NCBI GenBank assembly: GCA_022565235.1
Contig: JADFJW010000001.1
Coordinates: 1,135-65,134 of the forward strand
DNA: 64,000 nt
Direction of reading: 5' to 3'
Source: Nanobdellota archaeon
GTDB taxonomy: Archaea > Nanobdellota > Nanobdellia > Woesearchaeales > GW2011-AR4
Both the position numbers and the translations under genes were made by a program. The notes under the pieces are model-generated. The model was given only the letters and a program-made list of their open reading frames with translations, did no database searches and was not told the DNA's origin. Shown here piece by piece: positions 41,382-51,343 of this stretch (position 1 is its first letter; the number at the start of each line of letters is the position of its first letter).

Positions 41382-41438
41382 AATTGATAGAGAATAATAA
41401 GCTATTTTAAAAATTTATTGGGATGATTGCTTTGTTGA

Positions 41439-41579
41439 CTACATAAACAATTCATCCATCTCGAAGTCGGAAAGATCCCTTTTATTGATAAGTTTACCAA
41501 AATCCTTGTCTTTCATCTTTTTCCTTTCTTCTCTCATGCTTTCTATCTCAATATGTTCTTCATCAAAAAATTCTTCCAT
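41439..41579 (-). CDS. Small charged hypothetical protein (46 aa), missing from ORF track
   Basis: MEEFFDEEHIEIESMREERKKMKDKDFGKLINKRDLSDFEMDELFM; GGTGA SD upstream. Confidence 0.5.
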   Translation of the reverse strand: MEEFFDEEHIEIESMREERKKMKDKDFGKLINKRDLSDFEMDELFM

Positions 41580-41658
41580 AATTATTCACCATATGATACT
41601 ATCAGAACTCTTTTATTACTACTATTGAGTAATATAACTAGTATTTAAAGGTTTCGAA

Positions 41659-41779
41659 TTGTGCATGCCTGCACACTAGCGTATTGGGATGTCTTCGACA
41701 TCCCGAGACTGAGCATTCAGAAGTACCCGGTTTCGGGTCGTGCGGTACGTAGTACCGTACACTGTTGTACGGGAACGTA
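41659..41779. repeat. Modular hairpin array
   Basis: 25-bp head as at 31242, GGGATGTC-TTC-GACATCCC, CGGTAC-GTA-GTACCG, arm inverted to 41003. Confidence 0.85.
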
Positions 41780-41832
41780 AAATTAGGGAAAGATTTATAT
41801 ATATTCTTAAGCAGTTTAAAGGTAAAAAAGCG

Positions 41833-42396
41833 GTGATAAATATTAATCTTAAGGCTAAATTCAAAAATGGTGTAAAAGGTCTAAAGGATTATATAGTTCT
41901 TGTTACAGTAAACCCTAAAGTTTATCAAAAATCCAATTTAGAGATAATAAGTTTGCTGGTAAATGAGCAAAAGACTCCAGGTGTTTATGTTACCTTGAAC
42001 AAGCCTTTTGATGTAATGATTAGGCTCTTTAAACAAAATAATATAGATCCAAGGCTAGTTATATTTATAGATGGCATTACCCAAGTAGGGGAAGGTAAAA
42101 AAAGAGTAAAAAACTGCCTGTTCATAGAATCTCCAGAGAAGTTAAGCGATATTTCTGTTGCGATGGACCAGGCTGTTAAGGCACTGCCAACAAAAGAAAA
42201 GTTCATATTCTTTGACTCAATAAATACTTTACAGGTGTTTAACAAGCCTGGAACTGTAGCAAGATTTGTTTATTTTTTAGCGAGCAAAATAAGGGAATGG
42301 AAAATCAAGGGCATTATAATATCGGTTAAGAAAGGCTCTGACGAGGCTTTAATTAATGAGTTGGTACAATTTTGTGATTTAAGAATAGATTTATGA
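41833..42396 (+). CDS. Degenerate KaiC/RecA-fold protein
   Basis: GVYVTLNKP, IFIDGI, FIFFDSINTL, QFCD; no intact Walker A. Confidence 0.65.
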   Translation: MININLKAKFKNGVKGLKDYIVLVTVNPKVYQKSNLEIISLLVNEQKTPGVYVTLNKPFDVMIRLFKQNNIDPRLVIFIDGITQVGEGKKRVKNCLFIESPEKLSDISVAMDQAVKALPTKEKFIFFDSINTLQVFNKPGTVARFVYFLASKIREWKIKGIIISVKKGSDEALINELVQFCDLRIDL

Positions 42397-42496
42397 TAAT
42401 GGTAAATGCACAACTAACTAAAATAAATTTTCGGAGGTACTTGAAAATCACAGATTTTCTGCACCTCCTAATAAAAATATTTGGAGGTAAATCAAA

Positions 42497-42850
42497 ATGG
42501 TATCTGTTGCGGCTATAAGCATTACAACTGTAATTTTTGGGATCGGGGCTTTATTGCTTGCTTCAAGGGCAAGAAGCAGGCTCTCGCCAGGATCCTTAAG
42601 GAAATACATAGACAATTTTTCAATATGTCTTGCATTTATCGTCATTTTTTCCGTATGGCAGACTATTAGGAGCATAACAAACATTGAAGTTTCTCTCTCG
42701 GGTTTTACAGGCTACCCGGAACTTATTTTTTTAGTATTCGCATACATAGGATTTGTAATTGCATCATATAGGGTTTCAAAAATAAGTGAGGAGTTTGGTT
42801 TTAAGGAAGAAGGCAAGGAGATACAACGGCTAGTTAAAAAAAGAGAATAG
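42497..42850 (+). CDS. Small membrane protein
   Basis: Three hydrophobic segments, GGAGGT SD, EFGFK tail. Confidence 0.6.
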   Translation: MVSVAAISITTVIFGIGALLLASRARSRLSPGSLRKYIDNFSICLAFIVIFSVWQTIRSITNIEVSLSGFTGYPELIFLVFAYIGFVIASYRVSKISEEFGFKEEGKEIQRLVKKRE

Positions 42851-42855
42851 TTAAT

Positions 42856-43296
42856 ATGGATATAGGGGGAAAAAAGGCTCAGGTAAGCGTTGAATATATG
42901 TTCCTTATAGGATTTGCTACTTTAATAACCATCCCATTAATTATAATTTACCAGTCTTTTATCCAGGATTCGAGAGAGGAGATAGCATCTGTACAAATAA
43001 TTGAGATTTCAAAGAAAGTGATTGATGCAGCTGAGTCTGTTTATTATCTTGGAGAGCCGTCCCAGACAACGTTGAGGGTAAACATACCTCACAATATAGT
43101 TGCAGTAGATTTAGAGAAGGGTAGTTTGGAGACGGGTTATTATGAAGTTATCTTTAATATAAGCACAAAATCAGGAATAGTGGAAATAGTACAAAATTCT
43201 GCTGTAAACATCACCGGATCTTTGCCAATAAATAAGGGAACTTACACAATAACAGTTAAAGCTAAATCTGATCATGTCAATGTTTCTTACAGATGA
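42856..43296 (+). CDS. Type IV pilin-like protein (class III signal peptide)
   Basis: KKAQ-VSVEY followed by hydrophobic helix. Confidence 0.8.
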   Translation: MDIGGKKAQVSVEYMFLIGFATLITIPLIIIYQSFIQDSREEIASVQIIEISKKVIDAAESVYYLGEPSQTTLRVNIPHNIVAVDLEKGSLETGYYEVIFNISTKSGIVEIVQNSAVNITGSLPINKGTYTITVKAKSDHVNVSYR

Positions 43297-43691
43297 AAAT
43301 GCACAAGAAATCCCAGTCATCTATGGAGTTTTTTACTTTAGTAGGACTGGCTTTTTTGGTAGTAATAATTTTTGTAGCAGTTTCTGCCAATGAAATCAAA
43401 GAATTCGGAGACACTAAGGAATTCCTGCTGATAAAGGATCTGGCGCTAAAATTGCAGAAAGAAGTTGCTATTGCGGCATCTGTTGAAGATGGTTATGTGA
43501 GAAATTTTAATCTTCCGGATAAGCTTGAAAATATTGTTGATTATTTCACGATAATAAGAAACAACACATTAACAATAAATTCGTCCAAAACAGTCTTTTC
43601 TGTTGCAATACCAAACACCGCAGGAAAAAATTTCACAAAAGGCGCAAATAAGATTGAAAAAATAAGCGGAGTGGTGTATGTAAACAGGTAG
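43293..43691 (+). CDS. Type IV pilin-like protein
   Basis: KKSQ-SSMEF plus hydrophobic helix. Confidence 0.8.
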   Translation: MKMHKKSQSSMEFFTLVGLAFLVVIIFVAVSANEIKEFGDTKEFLLIKDLALKLQKEVAIAASVEDGYVRNFNLPDKLENIVDYFTIIRNNTLTINSSKTVFSVAIPNTAGKNFTKGANKIEKISGVVYVNR

Positions 43692-43697
43692 TCAAAA

Positions 43698-44864
43698 ATG
43701 AAAATTACAAAAGCTCAGATATGGTTTACTGATTTTGTTATTGGCATATTAATATTTTCATTTGTACTTATTTCGTACTATACTTATACGATAAACATAT
43801 CAAAGCAAGATACTTCAGCAATGGATCAACTGGTTACGGATATCAAAACTGTTTCTACATCTTTAACTACTGAGGGATTCCCATCAGACTGGAATGCTAA
43901 TACAGTCATTAGAATAGGATTTACAGATAATTCCAATAGGATAGACAATACAAAGTTCGATGAATTTAATAAAATAGATTACAACAAAACAAAAAAGTTA
44001 CTTGGAACTATATATGATTATTTTCTATTCTTTGTAAATGAAAGCGGGGATGTTCAAAATGTTGAGGGTTATTGTGGAACTGGATTGGGTACTGTTAATG
44101 TTAGTTTGGATATAAATGCTGCTTATTATTATGAAAATGATGATGGAGAACAATTTTTAAAGTCATATATGGTGGAGGAAGAATTTGACGCCATTCCCTA
44201 TTGTGATGGTGGTCCAAAGTGTAGTGATTTATCTTTTACTGATTTTATAGCAGAAATAAATAATTATGATTTTGTTGTTGTAGAACATCCGGCATGGAGT
44301 ACAAGTGACTTTAATTCTTTTGAATCAGTTGCAAATCCATGGCTTTTAGGTGGAGGAATTCTCTTTGCAGGAGGCCAATTACCTGCGTCTAATCAGCATG
44401 AAGCATTCGGAGTTGAATTTAACAAAAAATCTGGCCAGTCTGAAAGTGACAGACTATCGACTGTTGTAAATGAAGATGAATTTATATCTTTTAATTTGGC
44501 TGATAATATTATATTTACACAAGCATATTATATTGAGGATGTAAGTATTGGAGCTAATCTTAAAGACATTGCAAGATTTAATGGTTCGTGGATAGAGTTT
44601 GATGACATTAAGGCAAATGGGGATATATCCTTAGCAAGATGGCCTCGTGGCAATGGTAAGATGCTTTTCTTCAGTGATTTTGATGCAGATTATCTTGCTG
44701 GAGATTTTCAGACAATCCTAGAAGGATCAGCAAATAAATGGGCTAATGCTGCATGTTTACCAATTAGTTTAACAGGTATAGATTTTAACAATTTAGTAAA
44801 GGCAGACAGGATGGTCATACACAACTCCAAGTTATTAAAAATGGTGCTTTACCTATGGGAATGA
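43698..44864 (+). CDS. Large minor pilin-like protein with inserted domain
   Basis: TKAQ-IWFTDF plus hydrophobic helix, GFPSDW..IG motif. Confidence 0.7.
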   Translation: MKITKAQIWFTDFVIGILIFSFVLISYYTYTINISKQDTSAMDQLVTDIKTVSTSLTTEGFPSDWNANTVIRIGFTDNSNRIDNTKFDEFNKIDYNKTKKLLGTIYDYFLFFVNESGDVQNVEGYCGTGLGTVNVSLDINAAYYYENDDGEQFLKSYMVEEEFDAIPYCDGGPKCSDLSFTDFIAEINNYDFVVVEHPAWSTSDFNSFESVANPWLLGGGILFAGGQLPASNQHEAFGVEFNKKSGQSESDRLSTVVNEDEFISFNLADNIIFTQAYYIEDVSIGANLKDIARFNGSWIEFDDIKANGDISLARWPRGNGKMLFFSDFDADYLAGDFQTILEGSANKWANAACLPISLTGIDFNNLVKADRMVIHNSKLLKMVLYLWE

Positions 44865-45376
44865 ACAGAAAAGGGTTTTTTTTCACGATTGACAGTATTC
44901 TGGCCGGAGGGATAATTTTAATTACAATTATATTCGCCTCTTCTTTTTACTTAAGTGAGCAACCAATCTTTCATTTAAATTATCTGTCTCAAGATATAGT
45001 TAGAACTTTGTCAACCCTTAATGTTGTAGAGATTGACAATCAGTATATCAATGAACGCATAAGCTCCGGAGATATAACCAATCTTGACAACAATGTATTG
45101 GAGCAAATAGCTGAGTTCTGGGCTGATAATAATCTGGAATATGCCAACAAAACTATGAGTAATGTTACAGATCTTTTTATACCCAATACCATGGGTTTTG
45201 GATTATGGATAGATAATGAAGCAATATACACAAGAGACAGGCCTATAGAAAAATCCTTAGTTTCATCTAAAAAAATTTTAAGTGGATTTGAAAAAGGAAA
45301 ATCCGGGGGGTTAACAAGAATTAATCCACCAACATTATTGGGTCCTATTATAATAGAGGTGAGAGTGTGGCAGTAA
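44855..45376 (+). CDS. Pilin-like protein
   Basis: RKG-FFFTID plus hydrophobic helix; C-terminal EVRVW. Confidence 0.75.
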   Translation: MGMNRKGFFFTIDSILAGGIILITIIFASSFYLSEQPIFHLNYLSQDIVRTLSTLNVVEIDNQYINERISSGDITNLDNNVLEQIAEFWADNNLEYANKTMSNVTDLFIPNTMGFGLWIDNEAIYTRDRPIEKSLVSSKKILSGFEKGKSGGLTRINPPTLLGPIIIEVRVWQ

Positions 45377-45476
45377 AATGCAACTTCGTTGCATTTTATA
45401 GGCCTCCCCACCAGTGTTATAACACATTATGCGCCCACCCCAGCAGGGGATATTAAGAATGCAAAACTAAGTAAAA

Positions 45477-46481
45477 ATGAAAGTGAATAAAAAAGGGATT
45501 TTTTTTACTTTTGCGGCCATAGTCCTATCCCTCATTATAATAACCTCGTTTAATATTTATACCGGCTATAGATTAAAAGAGGAGATGGAAGTGATAGAAG
45601 TCAGAATAAATACGATGAACAGCTTCATTATTGATTTAGAAAAGGATATAGAAAATGTTATTTTTATATCTGGTTTCAGGAGTTTGCTGAGTCTGGAGGA
45701 TTATTTGATGGATCATGACGAGTTTTTTAATGATGGAATCAACACTCCAGGCCTGGATACTGCTTTTGAAGATGTATTTCTTAAGGGAACAATTACTTAC
45801 GGAGCTAGTATTGACCATATGGCTTTAATGGATAACAATACTTTCCTTAACTGGACTAAGAGGATTAAAGTGGAGGCTAATAAAACTGGCATAGAATTGG
45901 AGTTTACTGTCAATGGGGTAACTATAGATCAGTCAGAGCCTTGGAAAGTGGATGTTGAGGTAGATCTGACAATTAAGATTGACGACAAAAAAAATACAGC
46001 ATCGTGGACAATAACTAAGCCTTATACGGGAAAAATAAATATAACCGGTTCAGGAAAATTTGTGGATCCTTTGTATTTAATCTACACAAATGGGCTAGCC
46101 AACAATGAAATAAGGCAGACTACTGAGGCTTTTCCAGGAGGGAGTTTGATAACACATTTAGATAATAGTTATTATATAGAAAACATAGATGCACCAAGCT
46201 ATCTGAACAGATTTGAAGATGATAAGAAATTTACTGCTTCTGTTAATGGTATTGAAAGCCTTGCTGATGTACCAACTCTTGTAGGTTTGGGTCTAGGATT
46301 GCCAGGTATTGGTAAGACTGCAGTGGACCATATTTATTTTTCATCCAGCACTCCCATTGCCAGTTTGATTGAAGATATGGAAGTGTCACGTGATTGGTTT
46401 TATTTAGACTATACTGTTCCGTGTACACCTGGATCCGAAGGACTGCATATGGAATACTATGATGCAACATGTGATATATAA
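45477..46481 (+). CDS. Pilin-like protein (large)
   Basis: KKG-IFFT plus hydrophobic helix; DPLY, APSYLNRF, GIESL. Confidence 0.72.
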   Translation: MKVNKKGIFFTFAAIVLSLIIITSFNIYTGYRLKEEMEVIEVRINTMNSFIIDLEKDIENVIFISGFRSLLSLEDYLMDHDEFFNDGINTPGLDTAFEDVFLKGTITYGASIDHMALMDNNTFLNWTKRIKVEANKTGIELEFTVNGVTIDQSEPWKVDVEVDLTIKIDDKKNTASWTITKPYTGKINITGSGKFVDPLYLIYTNGLANNEIRQTTEAFPGGSLITHLDNSYYIENIDAPSYLNRFEDDKKFTASVNGIESLADVPTLVGLGLGLPGIGKTAVDHIYFSSSTPIASLIEDMEVSRDWFYLDYTVPCTPGSEGLHMEYYDATCDI

Positions 46482-46523
46482 CATAGAAACATTTTTAAAT
46501 TATATATCTATTAAATTATTAAA

Positions 46524-47666
46524 ATGGGATTAACAAGCTCTATAATTGAAACTGGTGTTGATAAGCTAGTTAAATTGGTTAATACTGCTGGAAGGGTTTC
46601 TTCATATGATGCTGCAAAAGAGCTTGGTGTCAGCAATACCATTATTATGGAATGGGCAGATTTTCTTGAAGAAGAAGGAATCATAAAGGTAGAATATAAG
46701 TTCACAAAACCATTTTTAGTTACGAGAAAGCTTGGAAAAAAAGAGGTGGAAGAAAAGGCAAAAGAATTTTCCGGTAAAAAGGATGTTTTTGTGAGGAAGG
46801 CAGAGGTTTCATTAAGTTTTCTTGATAGGGAATCAGAGAAGCTGAAAGGCGTAAAGGAAGAGTTCGAGAAAATCAAAAAAAATCTCGGTTTTGATTTAGA
46901 TGACATAAAGAATGAACTGCAGGAATTGACAAAATACGAGCAGTTAAAAATAGACCTGGATAAGAAGATTGGAGAACAAAAGACATCTTCTATCGATAAG
47001 ATCCAAGAAATGATAACGCAGATTTCAAGAGAGAGACAAAAATATAATAGTATTTTGATGGAACTTAAAAAAGAAGAAAATGTATTGGGAAAAGAAAAAA
47101 GTGAGGTAAAATCTATAGAAGAAAGCGAGAAACTTATCAAAGACAGGCTTAAAGGCCTTAAAAACACCATCAAAAATGTGGAAAACAAAGTCAAAGCGGA
47201 AGAGGATAGCTTTCATGTTTCTGAAAGCAACATTCAAAAGCTGATTGCAATGGCTGACGGCATAAAAGCCAAAGTTGAAAATGAAAAAGGCCTGATAGAG
47301 CCTCTTGTGCAGAAAAGTGAAAATCAGGCAGAAAGTATACAGCAGTTGCAGAATACAATAATAAAGAAGATAGAGGATAAAGAAAAAAAGCTTAAGGGGA
47401 CAAAAAAGGCCGCTGAAAAACTGAAGACATTTTTTAAGAAGAAGCTTGGTGTGCTAACACTTATAGATAAGGTAAATGAAGATAGAAATAATCTTGAAAC
47501 TGAATTAATTGGCCTTATAAAAAAAGCCAAATCCTTCCAGCTGACCTCAAAGACAGCAGATGTAGGGACCCAGATAATAAGTTTTGAGAAAAAATTCAAG
47601 GATGTAGATGAAAAAAAGAAGTTTTTTGAAAAAGAATTAAAAAAATTAAGCTCATATTTTAAATAA
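46524..47666 (+). CDS. wHTH plus long coiled-coil protein
   Basis: IETGVDKLV..DAAKELGV..EWADFLEEEGII then K/E heptads. Confidence 0.65.
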   Translation: MGLTSSIIETGVDKLVKLVNTAGRVSSYDAAKELGVSNTIIMEWADFLEEEGIIKVEYKFTKPFLVTRKLGKKEVEEKAKEFSGKKDVFVRKAEVSLSFLDRESEKLKGVKEEFEKIKKNLGFDLDDIKNELQELTKYEQLKIDLDKKIGEQKTSSIDKIQEMITQISRERQKYNSILMELKKEENVLGKEKSEVKSIEESEKLIKDRLKGLKNTIKNVENKVKAEEDSFHVSESNIQKLIAMADGIKAKVENEKGLIEPLVQKSENQAESIQQLQNTIIKKIEDKEKKLKGTKKAAEKLKTFFKKKLGVLTLIDKVNEDRNNLETELIGLIKKAKSFQLTSKTADVGTQIISFEKKFKDVDEKKKFFEKELKKLSSYFK

Positions 47667-47693
47667 TTTAAGCCAGTAAAAAGAGGTGGAATT

Positions 47694-49280
47694 TTGAAAA
47701 CAAGACATAAAGGTGAGAGGGAAAAACATTCTGCCCATAAAGTAAAACATGAGCTTGGGAAGGGAAAGCACCCCCCAATTAGCATACCAAAAACTCAAAC
47801 AGCAGGCATCAAAATTATTTCTACTTACAAGTTTAGTTCCGGAGACATACCAATAACCATAAAGATATATACCAAAAAAGGTGAATTTGTCCCTATTTAT
47901 GATGTCTCTATATCCGGAATAAGCAAAAACACGGAAATAGTACTAGAAAAAATTATGGAAGAGCTGACTACGCAGGTAACTATAGGGATGACAGATATAT
48001 TAAATATCAAAGAAACTGATGTTATAGAAAAGAAGTTTACCATGGCTATAGGAATTTTGCTGAATAAGCATTTTCCTGATGCAGATGAGAAAACAGTGAA
48101 TTATTTAAAATCGTATTTAACGCAAAAAAGCTTAGGTCTTGGATCGATAGAAATTCTTATGGATGATACAAGCCTTGAGGAGGTTGCAATAAATTGCCAA
48201 GAAGAGCCTGTTTGGGTTTACCATATAAAATACGGGTGGTTAAAGACAACTATAATGATGCAAAGTGAGGAACAGATAAGGCATTACGCAGCTATGATAG
48301 GCAGGAGGATTGGACGGGCAATAACCATATTAGAGCCATTGATGGATGCACATCTTGCAGGAGGAGACAGAGTAAATGCCACCTTAGAGCCCATATCTGT
48401 CAAAGGCAATACCATAACCCTTAGAAAATTTGCGGCAAAGCCGTGGACAATAACAGATTTCATAAAGTCAGAGACGATATCAACAGGTGCTGCAGCTTTA
48501 ATATGGTTGGGTGTGCAATTTGAGCTGTCTACATTAATATCAGGCGGAACAGCTACAGGCAAGACTTCTATGCTTAATGTGGTTGCAAACTTTTTTCCTC
48601 CAAATCAACGTGTGATTAGTATAGAGGATACCCGGGAGATACGACTTCCTAAATTCCTGCACTGGATTCCCATGATAACAAGGCTGCCTAATCCAGAAGG
48701 CAAAGGAGAGATTTCAATGCTTGATTTACTCATTAATTCATTAAGAATGAGGCCTGACAGGATAATAGTCGGGGAGATAAGGAGGAAAAGGGAAGCTGAG
48801 GTTCTGTTTGAAGCTATACATACAGGACATTCTGTGTATGCTACTGTACATGCGAATGACACAAAAGAAACAGTAACGAGGCTTACCAACCCCCCAATAG
48901 ATATACCAAAAACAATGCTACCGGCTATTTCAATGATTGTTGTGCAGTACAGAAACAGAAGGACAGGCATTAGAAAGACATTCCAGATCTCTGAGATATT
49001 ACCCAACTCTGAAACTAATGTTCTTATCCAGCTGGATATAAAATCCGGGAAGTTGAGGAATATAAACAGGTCAAAAAGTTTGTATAATACGATTGAACTT
49101 TTTACGGGTTTTTCGAGAAATGAATTAAAAAAATCATTGCATGAAAAAGAAAATGTCCTTAAATGGCTTGTTAAGCAGAATATAAATACTGTCGATGGTG
49201 TAGGGAAAGTAATGGCAGAATATTATACCGATTCAGATAATCTGATGAAGTATGTTAAGAAGAATAAGCTATTAATGTGA
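47694..49280 (+). CDS. Type IV pilus/secretion ATPase (CpaF/VirB11/FlaI family)
   Basis: GGTATGKTS, IEDTREI, LRMRPDRIIVGEIR, HTGH..TVHA. Confidence 0.93.
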   Translation: MKTRHKGEREKHSAHKVKHELGKGKHPPISIPKTQTAGIKIISTYKFSSGDIPITIKIYTKKGEFVPIYDVSISGISKNTEIVLEKIMEELTTQVTIGMTDILNIKETDVIEKKFTMAIGILLNKHFPDADEKTVNYLKSYLTQKSLGLGSIEILMDDTSLEEVAINCQEEPVWVYHIKYGWLKTTIMMQSEEQIRHYAAMIGRRIGRAITILEPLMDAHLAGGDRVNATLEPISVKGNTITLRKFAAKPWTITDFIKSETISTGAAALIWLGVQFELSTLISGGTATGKTSMLNVVANFFPPNQRVISIEDTREIRLPKFLHWIPMITRLPNPEGKGEISMLDLLINSLRMRPDRIIVGEIRRKREAEVLFEAIHTGHSVYATVHANDTKETVTRLTNPPIDIPKTMLPAISMIVVQYRNRRTGIRKTFQISEILPNSETNVLIQLDIKSGKLRNINRSKSLYNTIELFTGFSRNELKKSLHEKENVLKWLVKQNINTVDGVGKVMAEYYTDSDNLMKYVKKNKLLM

Positions 49281-49300
49281 AAATCTATCATTTATGTGAT

Positions 49301-51241
49301 TTATTGAGCGGGGGAAAATTTGTAGATATGACCATAGGTGGCAACTACATACAATGCTCCGCCAGAAAAAGATAAGTTTTTTATTTCTCTATCCAGTTGG
49401 ACAATACTACTAATATCGTTGTTTTCTCTATTAATGGCTAATACTTCCCTATTAGTTCCTGCAAAAAGTACATTATTTGTTAAAACCATTTCATTTATCT
49501 CATCTTCTAATTGAATGAGTGGCAATTCTCTAAATATGCCATCATCTAATGAAAATCTTGATATATTTTGACCATGGCTTGCATACACATCCGTCCCATC
49601 TGATACAATTGAAGTTACTTTGTCCTCAAAAGCACAATGATTAAGAACAATTTCTTTTTTGGTTATATCAAAAACTCCAATACAATATTCCTTACCAGAA
49701 TCTTTCCTAATTATAGGGTTAGACCAGATTAAAAAATTTCCAGCTAAAATAGTATTTCTGACAGCACTTACCTTGTCTTCCTCGTCTAAAAGTGAGGTTG
49801 CATTAATACTCCATCTCAAATTTCCGTTTTTTGATAGAGCATATATACCAAGTCCCCACGTTCTATTTCCTTCGACTTCAAATAAATTTCTACTTACAAT
49901 ATAGACTCCATCATCTGTAATTAAAGGGGAATTGTCCAATGTATGTCCAAAGTCAGAGAAACTCCAGTATGTTCTTCCATCTTGAATATTTATAGCTTTA
50001 AGTCTCACTCGATCCTGCATAATATATAATGTATCTCCATCAATTATTGGTGCACTAAGTGTTTCTGTTCTTGTTCTCCAAATAGTCCTCCCCCTAGAAT
50101 CGAGCGCTTGATACTCACAACATTGTGGTCTTCCCTATAGGGGCACAATTAATATATCTTCTGTAACTGCTGGTCCAATTCTTGGAGGACCATAATACAT
50201 CTCTATTCTCTGTTCTATGTCTCCATTTTGTGCATTTAATACATAAAGTTCGTCATCTTCATCACCAATATATATTCTATCTCCCAATATAGCTGGTCGG
50301 GAAGCAGTCATATTTTTAATTTCTATTTCCCAATCTTTTTCTAATGGTAAACTAACATCCACATCAATATAACCCGAATTATTTGGACCTTTATGCATTG
50401 TCCAGTCTAATGGATTTGTTTGTATTCTGCCTGAAAACTGTGTTTTAAGTTCTTCAAATACTTGCTTATCTATATCAGGATTTGGTAGTGGTATTAATTC
50501 ACCAGTTGGTCCTTGTTGATAAAATTCTTCTTCAGCTGGAACATGAGTTCCTTGATAACCAAGTTGACTTTGTTGGAATATTGAAAAATCCTCTAACGGG
50601 ACATAAGGAGTTAAACTTCCATCTATAGTACTTTCAATAAAATTGGGTAACTTGGTAAGATTCAAATTTACAAGACTTGCTAATGATACTGTCCAATGGA
50701 TATCTTCCTTAAAACGAACAAATTTCATATAAGTAACTACATCAGTATTATTGAAAACATATTCTTCTAAACTGCTAGAAGGTTCTTTGAAAGGGAATAT
50801 CATTTTATAAGTCGATATATCTGCTGCTTCTGAAGCTTGAGGGGTCATTATTAGTTCCTCAGGTGATGGAAATGTAATTATGATTGTAGGAGCTGGTGTT
50901 GCTCTAGAAGGGGGTGCAGGAGTGTTTGTAGGAGTAGCAGTAGGTACAGAGCCGCTGCTACAAGCTGCTACTACAGCTAGTAAGCCTGTAGCAAATCCCA
51001 TTTTAACAGGAGTTGGAACATGAGAAAAAATATTACTAGCAATATGACGAGCATAATCTAAAAAACCGTGACTGTTATTTACAGAATAATCATCAACTAT
51101 AGGAATACCCTCAACAATATTTTCTAAAGCCTCAATTTCACTAGTATTGTTGGGATTGTTCAACAATGGATTTAGCTCTTTGCTGTGTCTATCATACCAA
51201 GGTTTAGCCCAAGGTGTATTGTGTTTTATTATAACCACCAA
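49301..51241 (-). pseudogene. PQQ-repeat (BamB-like) beta-propeller lipoprotein-like gene interrupted by one in-frame TAG at 50135-50137
   Basis: ORFs 50135-51241 and 49301-50020 are in the same frame; the 38 codons between them are open and continue the repeat (ALDSRGRTIW..APIIDGDTLYI). Confidence 0.65.
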
Positions 51242-51343
51242 CTAAACTGCAGAAAATGAGAGGTATTTAAACCTTTCTAACATATATTTACAATAAAGTG
51301 GTAAAACAACCCTATTGTTTTGCCCCATTTAAAGAAAAAAGAA

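Noticed and set aside
46511..47194. 227-aa antisense ORF and the many other antisense ORFs in the track
   Set aside because: Shadows of well-supported genes; the F/S/L-rich composition mirrors K/E codons
50135..50137. Genome-wide TAG recoding
   Set aside because: TAG ends clearly complete genes such as thiS and thiG, so any read-through would be local
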